In this document: positions 25,546 through 33,988 of the stretch, piece after piece | Layout: each line of letters opens with the position of its first letter | How positions within the stretch are numbered: position 1 is the first letter of the stretch | Program-made: the position numbers and the translations under genes | From: Ignavibacteria bacterium | Lineage (GTDB): Bacteria; Elusimicrobiota; Endomicrobiia; PHAN01 | DNA: 64,000 bases | Direction of reading: 5' to 3' | Assembly (NCBI GenBank): GCA_041694835.1 | Contig: JBGFRZ010000082.1 | Coordinates: forward strand, 52,266-116,265 | Notes under the pieces: model-generated | Database searches by the model: none | What the model was told of the DNA's origin: nothing | The model's input: only the letters and a program-made list of their open reading frames with translations

Positions 25546-26757
25546 AATCTCCAAAACTGTGTTTAGTAAAACATTTATGCCTTTGCAACAGTCATCAAGT
25601 GATGTAAATTCTAACTCGCAATGACTGTGTCCGTCTTTAGACGGAACAAAAATCATCGTGGCGGGAATTATATCGGCGACATACTGAGCGTCGTGACCTG
25701 CTCCGCTGTACATCTTTTTGCTTGTGTATCCGAAGGCGTCCGCACTTTTTTGGACAAGAGCGACTAATTCTTCGTTGAATCTGACCGTTTTGCGCGACCA
25801 TGCCTCTTCGCATTTCACTTCGCACTTGTCAAATTCTTTTGGAATGTTTTTGATTATTTCCACAACTTGTTTTATGACTTCCGGTTCCTTGTGTCTTGCG
25901 TCCAATGAAAAATCCACATAGTCGGGTATGACGGTATGGATATTCGGATGGCAGATTATATTACCCGTCGTATAGACAAGAGCGCTGTCAAGTTTGTCAA
26001 GTTCCCGGTGAAGATATTTAATCGCGGAAGCCGCGGCCAATAGAGCGTCTCGTCTGAACTTCATCGGCGTTGTTCCCGCGTGGTCGGACTGCCCATAAGT
26101 TCTTATTCTGTAATTTACCATTCCCAAAACACCTTCTACAACACCGATTTCTTTTTTTTCGGCTTCAAGCACGGGGCCTTGTTCAATATGCAACTCCAAC
26201 ATCGCTATGTAATCTTTCGGATTGAGCCGGTTCGATTGAGCGCCGACGTATCCACTCTCTTTTAGCGCTTCGCCGAATGTTTTTCCGTCGGGGCTTTTTG
26301 ACGAGAGTATTTTTTCTTTTTCAAACTTGCCGCAGACGACGCCTGATGAGAGCATCGCCGGAGGATAGAGTGAGCCCTCTTCGTTGGTCCAGATCATAGC
26401 GGTAACAGGGTGATTGTGGGGAATTTTTTGCGTAGCGAGTGTTTCCACTACTTCAAGAGCCGCAATGACTCCCAAAATGCCGTCGTAGTTGCCACCGTTT
26501 CTTACGGAATCGCAGTGGGAAGCAATCACAATTTTCGGAAGGCCTTTTTCGGGACCGGGGTGCGTCGCATACATATTTGCCATGTCGTCGGTTACGGTTT
26601 TTGCGCCTACTGAATTCATTCTTTTGACAAACTCGGCTCTTGCCTGAAGGTCTTCTTTCGACAGCGAAAATCTCGTTATTCCGCCGCGGGCCGTAGCGCC
26701 GAATTTCGCGAAAGTTTCGATTTTATTTTTTACTCTTTCTTTGTTGCAAGTCAGCAT
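25516..26757 (-). CDS. M20-family hydantoinase/carbamoylase-type amidase (N-carbamoyl-beta-alanine / N-carbamoyl-amino-acid amidohydrolase, beta-ureidopropionase-like)
   Basis: ASHCDSVRNGGNYDGILGVIAALEV and the HIEQGPVLE motif are typical of the allantoate amidohydrolase/AmaB family. Confidence 0.7.
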   Translation of the reverse strand: MLTCNKERVKNKIETFAKFGATARGGITRFSLSKEDLQARAEFVKRMNSVGAKTVTDDMANMYATHPGPEKGLPKIVIASHCDSVRNGGNYDGILGVIAALEVVETLATQKIPHNHPVTAMIWTNEEGSLYPPAMLSSGVVCGKFEKEKILSSKSPDGKTFGEALKESGYVGAQSNRLNPKDYIAMLELHIEQGPVLEAEKKEIGVVEGVLGMVNYRIRTYGQSDHAGTTPMKFRRDALLAAASAIKYLHRELDKLDSALVYTTGNIICHPNIHTVIPDYVDFSLDARHKEPEVIKQVVEIIKNIPKEFDKCEVKCEEAWSRKTVRFNEELVALVQKSADAFGYTSKKMYSGAGHDAQYVADIIPATMIFVPSKDGHSHCELEFTSLDDCCKGINVLLNTVLEIDKKNIKVKI

Positions 26758-26769
26758 ATTCTATACCCC

Positions 26770-26900
26770 GGCGACATAGCGACGCATCGACTCAGCGACA
26801 TAATAGCAGAGCAACAGAGCAGTAGCGAGTAGCGGGTAGATAGTAGATAGGGGGAACAACCCTCGCTACTCGCTACCATCTACTATCTACTATTCGCTAT
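26770..26900. repeat. purine-arm/pyrimidine-arm imperfect hairpin element (cagagcagtagcgagtagcgggtagatagtagatag-ggggaacaacc-ctcgctactcgctaccatctactatctactattcgc)
   Basis: Sub-words are exact reverse complements: tagcgagtagcg pairs with cgctactcgcta, and gtagatagtagatag pairs with ctatctactatctac. The element is intergenic. Confidence 0.5.
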
Positions 26901-26903
26901 TTG

Positions 26904-28742
26904 CTATCTACCATCCAACTCCAGTTCTTTCAACTTTTCCTGCTTCGGTATTCCTTCTTCATCCCATCCGCGATGGACATAATACTCCATAACCATTTTT
27001 GCGACATTCGGGACCACGCCTTTCGCTTTTCCTTCTTTTTTCGGATATACGGTAATTCTCGACGGTTCCAGGTCATCTTTTCTTGAAATGCCGAGGCGCG
27101 TGTTGTAGAGCCGTTTTAAATCGAACAATCGCTCGCCTGTTTTCATATAGTCGTCGAGTGTCCAGTCCCATCCACAAACGGCGTTGACCCAGTTTGAAAT
27201 CTGCGACGGACCCACACGGGCGTGAAACAGAAATTTACAGAGTCCGAGCGGATTAAATAATGATATAAAATTTTGCATCTCAAAAACAATTTTCGGTTTG
27301 TCGGTTTCTTCAAACTGGTTCGGCGGGGCGGTGATTCCCAGATCTTTGCAAGGGACGCCCCTATCAAGAAAGTATGTGAGACCTTCAAGATGACACGCAC
27401 CTCTTGCGGCGGTCGCGTAGTTGATTGCCATAGAGACATGTCCTCTCGGGTCGTGGGCGGGAAAGTCAAGTCCTTTGTTGTGAGAAACATACTCGATAGT
27501 ATTTTTGCCGATGGCTTTTGCCGCATCTCTGACACCTTTTGCAAGGAGAACACCGATGTTTTTTTTGTAAGCGGTCATCTTAATTATTTCAACGAGAGTC
27601 TTCGCGTCGCCCCATTTGAACTCAACGTCTCCAGTGTCTGCTCTTGTGATTTTTCCTTTCTCGTAACACTCAATCGCAAACGCGGCGACAGAGCCCATGG
27701 AAATCGTATCCATACCGAGCTTATTTGTGAGTTCGTTTATATACGCCAATACATAGAGGTCGTTATTTAAAACATTTGAGCCGAGCATCGCGACGGTCTC
27801 ATACTCGGGATAGTGGCCACAGAAACTTCCGAAGTTCTTTAACTCGCCCTTGACGAGCTTGCCGCAGCCGATGGGACATGCCCAGCAAGCGTAGTGCTTG
27901 ACCCAGATTTTTTCTCTCATCGCCTGTCCCGAAATTTTTACAATATCGGGATACGTTCCAATGGCGTAATTTTTTATCGGAAGGTCGCCGAACGACTCAA
28001 CTGCAGGAGAGCCGCCGGCAGTACCAAATTCTCCGAGGGCTTTTGCATTTTCTTTTATCGCGGGTATTTCTTCTTTAAGCAGTGCTCTTAATTTTTCGGG
28101 GTCTGCGACGGCGACTCTTTTCCCCTGACCTTTTACGACGATAGCTTTAAGGTTTTTTGAGCCCATGTTGGCACCGATGCCCGAGCGCGCCGCAAAACGG
28201 GAATTGGGCGGGTCAAAACAAATTGCGGCTATACTGACAAGATTTTCTCCAGCAGGGCCTATCGCGGCGACGAGATGCTTCTCATGTCTCTTTGAGAGAA
28301 TTTCACCGGTTTCGTAGGTATCCTTTCCCCACAAATCACTGGCATCCTGTATCCTGCATCCTGCATCTATTATTAGATAAACCGGCTTATTGGATTTTCC
28401 CGTTATTAAAATTCCGTCATATCCGAGCATCCTGAATTCCGTCGGCCAATGGCCGCCCACGGTCGCTTCGTTCCAAATGCCCGTAAGCGGCGATTTTGCG
28501 CAGACGGACATTTTGCAGGCAGTCGGCACGACTGTCCCGGTTAAAAGCCCCGACAAAAACAAAATTGGATTTTCTTCTGAAAGTGGCGCGAGGTTAACAG
28601 GGGCTTCGTTGTAAAGAATCTTTGCGGCAAGACCCGAGCCGAGCGTATATTTTTTGACATCCGTCTCATTGATTGGTTTCTCGCCGATTTTTCCCGACGA
28701 CAAATCAACGGTTAAAATTTTCCCATGAAATCCGTTCGGCAT
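26904..28742 (-). CDS. aldehyde:ferredoxin oxidoreductase (tungsten-containing AOR family)
   Basis: The N-terminus MPNGFHGKILTVDLSSGKIGEKPINETDVKKYTLGSGLAAKILY matches the AOR N-terminus pattern (M.G..GKILRVDL..G.I). Length is 612 aa. Confidence 0.8.
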   Translation of the reverse strand: MPNGFHGKILTVDLSSGKIGEKPINETDVKKYTLGSGLAAKILYNEAPVNLAPLSEENPILFLSGLLTGTVVPTACKMSVCAKSPLTGIWNEATVGGHWPTEFRMLGYDGILITGKSNKPVYLIIDAGCRIQDASDLWGKDTYETGEILSKRHEKHLVAAIGPAGENLVSIAAICFDPPNSRFAARSGIGANMGSKNLKAIVVKGQGKRVAVADPEKLRALLKEEIPAIKENAKALGEFGTAGGSPAVESFGDLPIKNYAIGTYPDIVKISGQAMREKIWVKHYACWACPIGCGKLVKGELKNFGSFCGHYPEYETVAMLGSNVLNNDLYVLAYINELTNKLGMDTISMGSVAAFAIECYEKGKITRADTGDVEFKWGDAKTLVEIIKMTAYKKNIGVLLAKGVRDAAKAIGKNTIEYVSHNKGLDFPAHDPRGHVSMAINYATAARGACHLEGLTYFLDRGVPCKDLGITAPPNQFEETDKPKIVFEMQNFISLFNPLGLCKFLFHARVGPSQISNWVNAVCGWDWTLDDYMKTGERLFDLKRLYNTRLGISRKDDLEPSRITVYPKKEGKAKGVVPNVAKMVMEYYVHRGWDEEGIPKQEKLKELELDGR

Positions 28743-28763
28743 ACTTCCTCCGAAGTCATTAAC

Positions 28764-28955
28764 TTATGTACCAGTTTTAATAAAGTCAATAGCACAATCA
28801 TCACATAAAGGCGCCCATGCCTGTTCAGTATAAAAAGCATCGTATTGGTTATTGTCTTTTTTCTTTGCTTCATCTTCGTCAATATAACCGAATCTTACTT
28901 CAACCGCCATTGTCTCGTTATCAAATATTTCTTCACATTTTTCACATTTCCACAT
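28764..28955 (-). CDS. small C4 zinc-ribbon protein (63 aa), AT-rich, possibly part of the adjacent R-M island
   Basis: CEKCEEIF ... CDDCAIDF. No further support. Confidence 0.25.
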   Translation of the reverse strand: MWKCEKCEEIFDNETMAVEVRFGYIDEDEAKKKDNNQYDAFYTEQAWAPLCDDCAIDFIKTGT

Positions 28956-29027
28956 AAATTCTCTTAAATCGAAACAGAAACCTTCGTGCCGAAATTAAAT
29001 CGAAAGCATATTTGTAATAAGGAGCAA

Positions 29028-29816
29028 CTATTTCAAAAAATCACAGATAGACCCAACTAAACCAGAAAAATTGCCAATACCGTCAAGATGGTCGTAATTA
29101 TTCAAAACAAACAATCCCCCTCCAAGTTTAATATCATCAATAATCAGTTGCACTTCTGTCTGTTTTACTGTTTTTCTGGTTTTTCCACTTTCATTATATT
29201 TATCAAAATCCCTATATCTTGCCCAATCAAGAGTAATAAAACCATATTTGATTTGTAAATTTTCTTTTGTAAAAATGACCGTATATTTATCTTTACCATA
29301 TTTTGCATTTAATACATCTTGATCCATCAAAAATAAATGAGATAAAAATTGTCCGATTCTTTCTCTTGTTGTACCTTTTGCCGATAATATAAAAGCCTTT
29401 TTTATTTTTTCAAAATTATCTTTAACAACTACAATATCACTATCAAATTTCTTGATGTGACTTGTATTTTTTCTCACAAGACACAGAGAATTGGTAACAT
29501 AAGAAATAATATCGTTATAAGTTTTGTGGTTTGTTGCCAAATAATTTAATTTATTTTCCTTGAAGTAAGCATTGAGTAAATATACTATACTTTCTTCTAC
29601 CAATTTTCCAAGAACCGAATCTTTGCTTGATTTTTCTTGCCTTGCTTCGTCCTCTGTTTTCTTCTTATCAAATTGCGAAGCATATTTTTTAGCATATTTA
29701 TTTGCATCTGAAAAAATGAAGTATTTATTCAAGTTTACCCCAACATTTAAACTACCTTTGTCTTTTATCACTTTGCCTAATTTTCCTTCTAAATAACTTT
29801 TGTGAACTAAATCCAT
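29028..29816 (-). CDS. hypothetical protein, candidate type II restriction endonuclease (partner of adjacent methyltransferase)
   Basis: Immediately downstream (18-bp gap) of the MTase gene. It is AT-rich with no recognisable family motif. The call rests on gene context only. Confidence 0.35.
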   Translation of the reverse strand: MDLVHKSYLEGKLGKVIKDKGSLNVGVNLNKYFIFSDANKYAKKYASQFDKKKTEDEARQEKSSKDSVLGKLVEESIVYLLNAYFKENKLNYLATNHKTYNDIISYVTNSLCLVRKNTSHIKKFDSDIVVVKDNFEKIKKAFILSAKGTTRERIGQFLSHLFLMDQDVLNAKYGKDKYTVIFTKENLQIKYGFITLDWARYRDFDKYNESGKTRKTVKQTEVQLIIDDIKLGGGLFVLNNYDHLDGIGNFSGLVGSICDFLK

Positions 29817-29833
29817 AATAAACCCTCTTTCCT

Positions 29834-30706
29834 TTATAAAAGTTTAGGTTGTCTTGCAACAATCTTTATATTTTTTTCTGCTATTTCACAATATTCTCGG
29901 CAATTATCTATATAAATATATTTTCTTTCAGTTTTTACACTAACAACTGGAACTGTTCCAGTTCCCCCAAAAGGGTCTAAAACTATATTATCAATGTATG
30001 AATAAAATTTAACTAAACGATATATAAGTTTTTCTGGAAAGGGTGCCGGATGTCCTTTTGGTTGAGTTTGAGGTTTTATGTCCCAAAATGAATTTGAAAA
30101 TTCTATAAATTCCTCTTTTGTAATATCTATCTTTTTAGGTTCTCCCTCTAATTTTTTTTCTTCTTTACTAAACACTAATACGAATTCATACGGTTGAACA
30201 ACATAAGGATTTGATGGAGATTTCCAAGAACCCCAAGCAGTTCTTTTCGAAATTGCTTGTTTATACCACAATATATCACCTCTCATAATATAGCCAATTT
30301 TTCTCATTTGATTAACGACATCTACAAAAAGTGGTTGATATTGTCCGTCAGCCGTCACACTTGGTACATTTATGCAAATTCTACCTCCTTTAATTAAAAC
30401 ACGATAGCATTCAAACCAAACTTTTTCAAGCCAATCTAGATATTCCTTGTAAGGCATATTATCATAATGGTTCTTGTATGGTTTTCCTACATTATATGGT
30501 GGGGATGTAATTATAAGATGAATAAAATTTTCCGGCATTAATTTCATAACTTCTACACAATCACCACAAATAACTTGATTTATAAACCTATTTTCCGATT
30601 GAACAAGAATTTCTTTTTGAGTAATTGTGTGATATGGTATTACCGTTTCTTCCAACAAATTATTCTTTGTTACTTTCTTTTTTTTATATTCCATTGATTT
30701 ATCCAA
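29834..30706 (-). CDS. DNA methyltransferase, N6-adenine/N4-cytosine (PF01555-type, SPPY motif)
   Basis: ITSPPYNVGKPY is motif IV. VLDPFGGTGTVPVVSVKTERKYIYIDNCREYCEIAEKNI is motif I. The gene is AT-rich. Confidence 0.8.
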   Translation of the reverse strand: MDKSMEYKKKKVTKNNLLEETVIPYHTITQKEILVQSENRFINQVICGDCVEVMKLMPENFIHLIITSPPYNVGKPYKNHYDNMPYKEYLDWLEKVWFECYRVLIKGGRICINVPSVTADGQYQPLFVDVVNQMRKIGYIMRGDILWYKQAISKRTAWGSWKSPSNPYVVQPYEFVLVFSKEEKKLEGEPKKIDITKEEFIEFSNSFWDIKPQTQPKGHPAPFPEKLIYRLVKFYSYIDNIVLDPFGGTGTVPVVSVKTERKYIYIDNCREYCEIAEKNIKIVARQPKLL

Positions 30707-30822
30707 AATCGATAAGTACTGTTCATCGGTTACTACTTATACTTACCATATTCTTTTAGTATTTCTTTTGCGGGAAACAATTTATAAAAGTTTGCTGCGA
30801 CTTAAAGAATGTCGTTCACATC

Positions 30823-31959
30823 CTAAATGTTTGACATTATCTCATCGGTGTGTTCGCCAAGAAGAGGGGCGGGCTTAAAATGTTTGTCGTCGCATCCGTC
30901 TATTTTTATCGGGGTGCCGGCGACTTTGATTTTTCCTATTTTTTTCTGATTCAATTCTACTATCATGTTCCTGTGGATTATCTGCGGATGTTTACAAACG
31001 CGGGATATGTCGTTCACAGGCCCGCAGGGAACGCCATGTCTGTTGAGGTTGTTTAAAAGTTCCTTTATCGTGTGCGCTTTTGTATATCTCTCGATTATCG
31101 ATTTCAGTTTTTTCTCGTTTTTCAAACGCTTTTCATTGTTTTCGAAGTGTTTGTTGTGTATCAAATCTTCGCGGCTTATCGCCAGGCAAAACTCCATCCA
31201 GAGATCCTCGTTTCCGCAGGCTATCGCCAAAAATCCGTCTTTTGCCTTAAATATGTCGAACGGGCAGAGAGACGGATGAAGCGAGCCTATGCGCTCGGGA
31301 GTTTTATTAGTAGCGTTATATCTTACTATGGCATTTTCAAGAACCGCTACGATGGAATCGACCATTGATATGTCAATACGGCAGCCCAATCCTGTTTTTT
31401 CTCTTCCGTAAAGGGCTGTAGTTATGCCGTAAGCCGCAAACATGCCGGCAAGTACATCTGCCATTGAAGTTCCGACTCTCGTCGGAGGCGTGTCGGGATA
31501 ACCTGTGATGCTCATTATTCCGCCGACAGCTTGGGCGATAACGTCGTATCCGGCGTATTGCGAAAGCGGCCCCGTCTGGCCGTATCCGGTTATCGAAGCA
31601 TAAATGAGTTTTGGATATTTTTTTTTGAGCGAGTCATAATCAAGACCTAATTTTTTCATTGTTCCCGGACGAAAGTTTTCAAGAAGAATGTCAGTATTTT
31701 TAAGCAATCGCTTAATAATTTTTATTGACTCTTTATTTTTTAAATCCAAAACAACGCTTTTTTTTCCGCGGTTTACGCTTATAAAATATCCGCTCTGTCC
31801 GTCGATAAACGGTCCGAAGAGTCTTGAATCGTCGCCGGTCTTCGCTCTTTCAATCTTTATGACCTCGGCCCCCATGTCGGCAAGCATCATAGAGCAATAT
31901 GGGCCGGAAAGCACCCTTGTAAAATCAATGACTTTCACGCCTTTAAGCGGTTTTTTCAT
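30823..31959 (-). CDS. CoA-transferase family III (CaiB/BaiF-type)
   Basis: GVKVIDFTRVLSGPYCSMMLADMGAEVIKIE is the family III N-terminal signature. Confidence 0.8.
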   Translation of the reverse strand: MKKPLKGVKVIDFTRVLSGPYCSMMLADMGAEVIKIERAKTGDDSRLFGPFIDGQSGYFISVNRGKKSVVLDLKNKESIKIIKRLLKNTDILLENFRPGTMKKLGLDYDSLKKKYPKLIYASITGYGQTGPLSQYAGYDVIAQAVGGIMSITGYPDTPPTRVGTSMADVLAGMFAAYGITTALYGREKTGLGCRIDISMVDSIVAVLENAIVRYNATNKTPERIGSLHPSLCPFDIFKAKDGFLAIACGNEDLWMEFCLAISREDLIHNKHFENNEKRLKNEKKLKSIIERYTKAHTIKELLNNLNRHGVPCGPVNDISRVCKHPQIIHRNMIVELNQKKIGKIKVAGTPIKIDGCDDKHFKPAPLLGEHTDEIMSNI

Positions 31960-31998
31960 ATATCAACTCTTCGTCCAATGTAACCTGGGGCACTGCAC

Positions 31999-32049
31999 TA
32001 TTTTTCTATCCCCTATTTTCTATCCCCTATTTTCTATCCTCTATTCTTT
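31999..32049. repeat. 3 tandem copies of a ~14-bp unit (tattttctatcccc)
   Basis: The DNA reads ctatttttctatcccctattttctatcccctattttctatcctctattc, intergenic between the biotin-carrier and CoA-transferase genes. Confidence 0.6.
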
Positions 32050-32337
32050 GACCTTAACAAGTATATCATTTTTTCCAACTTTATTGCCAACTTTCACGAA
32101 AATCTTCTCTATTTTCCCTTTAACTTCTGAAATTATCTCGTTTTCCATTTTCATCGCTTCCAGAATTATAATCGTTTCTCCCGACGATACGGCATCCGTT
32201 TCTTTTTTTTTGACTTCAATTATAACGCCGGGGATAGGCGAAGCGATAAGATAAGGATTATTGGCCTTTTCTGCACGGATTTTTTTGTCCGGAAATTCGG
32301 TAATATACTCTCCGTCTTCAAGAATCAGTTTGTCCAT
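32041..32337 (-). CDS. biotin carboxyl carrier / biotin-lipoyl attachment domain protein
   Basis: EAMKMENEI carries the AMKM biotinyl-lysine motif. The start was chosen at MDKLILEDGEY, because the track ORF's extra 21 N-terminal codons are read through a low-complexity hairpin element (32338-32449). Confidence 0.7.
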   Translation of the reverse strand: MDKLILEDGEYITEFPDKKIRAEKANNPYLIASPIPGVIIEVKKKETDAVSSGETIIILEAMKMENEIISEVKGKIEKIFVKVGNKVGKNDILVKVKE

Positions 32338-32449
32338 AATCAGAGACAAGAGAACAGAGGTGAGAGGACAGAGGTCAGGGAAAAACCTCTCACCTCTCAT
32401 CTCTCTCCTCTATTCGCTATTCGCTGTCCACTATTCTCTATTCCCCAAT
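32338..32449. repeat. purine-arm/pyrimidine-arm imperfect hairpin element (cagagacaagagaacagaggtgagaggacagaggtcaggg-aaaaac-ctctcacctctcatctctctcctctattcgc...)
   Basis: Direct reading of the DNA. It has the same architecture as the elements at 21322, 25431 and 26770. Confidence 0.45.
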
Positions 32450-33985
32450 TTACAGCGGAATGTTGCCGTGTTTTCTGTCGGGTTTTTTTGAACGTTTGTT
32501 TTTCATAACGGAAAGCGCTGAAACAATTTTAAGACGCGTTTCTTCGGGCAGAATAACATCGTCGATATAGCCGAACGACGCCGCAATGTAAGGCGAAGCG
32601 AATTTTTCGGTGTATTCTTTCATCTTGTCCTGTCTTGTTTTTTCGGGTTGGGACGAGGACTCTATCTCTTTCTTGAAAATTATGTTTGCCGCGCCAAGCG
32701 GACCCATAACAGCTATCTCGGCCGAAGGCCATGCGAACACAAAGTCGGCCCCGAGATGGCGGCTGCACATCGCTATGTATCCACCACCGTAGGCCTTCCT
32801 CAATATCACGGTAAGTTTCGGAACGGTCGCCTCAGAATATGCATAAAGCATCTTCGCTCCGTGCCTGATGACGCCCGAATGCTCCTGCTCAATGCCGGGG
32901 AGATATCCCGGGATATCGGCGAAAGTTACGATAGGTATGTTAAATGAATCGCAAAATCTTATGAATCTTGCAGCCTTGTTGGAAGAATCTACGTCAAGAA
33001 CGCCGGCGAGAAACTTGGGCTGATTGGCGATTATACCGACGGATTCCCCGTCGAGATGTGCAAAACCTACGACTATATTTTTCGCGTGCATCGCCTGGAC
33101 TTCAAAAAAATCTCCGTCATCGAAAACGGCTTTTATGACGTCCCTGACATCATACGGTTTTTTGGGGTCGGAGGGAACAATCGAATTTAAGTCGGCAGAA
33201 GGTGGGGGGCGCCGCTCGGCGAGGGGTGGTTTTTGTGCGTTATTATCTGGCAAGTAAGAAAGCAAAGTTTTAATCTGTTCAATACACTCCTTTTCACTTT
33301 CGGCATAAAAATGCGCATTGCCGGTTATTTCGTTATGAACCCTTGCGCCGCCGAGATCTTCCATACTTATTTCCTCTCCAAGAACGGTCTTTATAACCTC
33401 CGGGCCGGTGATAAACATCTTCGATATTTTGTCAACCGTAAAAACAAAGTCAGTCAGAGCGGGGGAGTAAACCGCTCCTCCGGCACAAGGCCCGAGTATG
33501 ACCGAAATCTGCGGGATTACCCCGGAAGAAAGGGTGTTTCTGTAAAATATTTCTCCGTAACCGGCGAGAGCGTTGATGCCTTCCTGTATCCTCGCTCCAC
33601 CTGAGTCGTTTATGCCTACTAGCGGGATACCTGAACTTAACGCGAAATCCATTATTTTAGTAATCTTCCTGGCGTGCATCTCTCCCAGAGAACCTCCGGC
33701 GGACGTGAAGTCTTGAGAAAATACAGCGAGACACCTCTCGTTAACTTTTCCATGACCAACAATTACGCCATCGGCCGGAATTTCTTTTTTGTCAAGTCCG
33801 AAATTGGATGAGCGGTGTTTAACGAAAGGGTCTATCTCGACGAAGCTTCCCTTGTCAAACAGCAAATCAAGCCTTTCCCTTGCTGTAAGCTTGCCGGAGT
33901 CGTGCTGTTTTTTAACAGCGACGCTGCCGCCGAGAGAAATTAGATTCCCGCGACTTTTGCCGAGTTCTTCGTTTTTATCCGTCAT
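32450..33985 (-). CDS. acyl-CoA carboxyltransferase (methylmalonyl-CoA decarboxylase alpha / propionyl-CoA carboxylase beta family)
   Basis: GINDSGGARIQEG and the two-domain carboxyltransferase layout. Length is 511 aa. Confidence 0.85.
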   Translation of the reverse strand: MTDKNEELGKSRGNLISLGGSVAVKKQHDSGKLTARERLDLLFDKGSFVEIDPFVKHRSSNFGLDKKEIPADGVIVGHGKVNERCLAVFSQDFTSAGGSLGEMHARKITKIMDFALSSGIPLVGINDSGGARIQEGINALAGYGEIFYRNTLSSGVIPQISVILGPCAGGAVYSPALTDFVFTVDKISKMFITGPEVIKTVLGEEISMEDLGGARVHNEITGNAHFYAESEKECIEQIKTLLSYLPDNNAQKPPLAERRPPPSADLNSIVPSDPKKPYDVRDVIKAVFDDGDFFEVQAMHAKNIVVGFAHLDGESVGIIANQPKFLAGVLDVDSSNKAARFIRFCDSFNIPIVTFADIPGYLPGIEQEHSGVIRHGAKMLYAYSEATVPKLTVILRKAYGGGYIAMCSRHLGADFVFAWPSAEIAVMGPLGAANIIFKKEIESSSQPEKTRQDKMKEYTEKFASPYIAASFGYIDDVILPEETRLKIVSALSVMKNKRSKKPDRKHGNIPL

Positions 33986-33988
33986 AAT

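Noticed and set aside
28318-28370. catcctgtatcctgcatcctgcatc repeat resembling the intergenic hairpin words
   Set aside because: It lies inside the AOR coding sequence. It encodes DAGCRIQDAS in a region where AOR proteins have an equivalent segment. It is a coincidental codon-level repeat.
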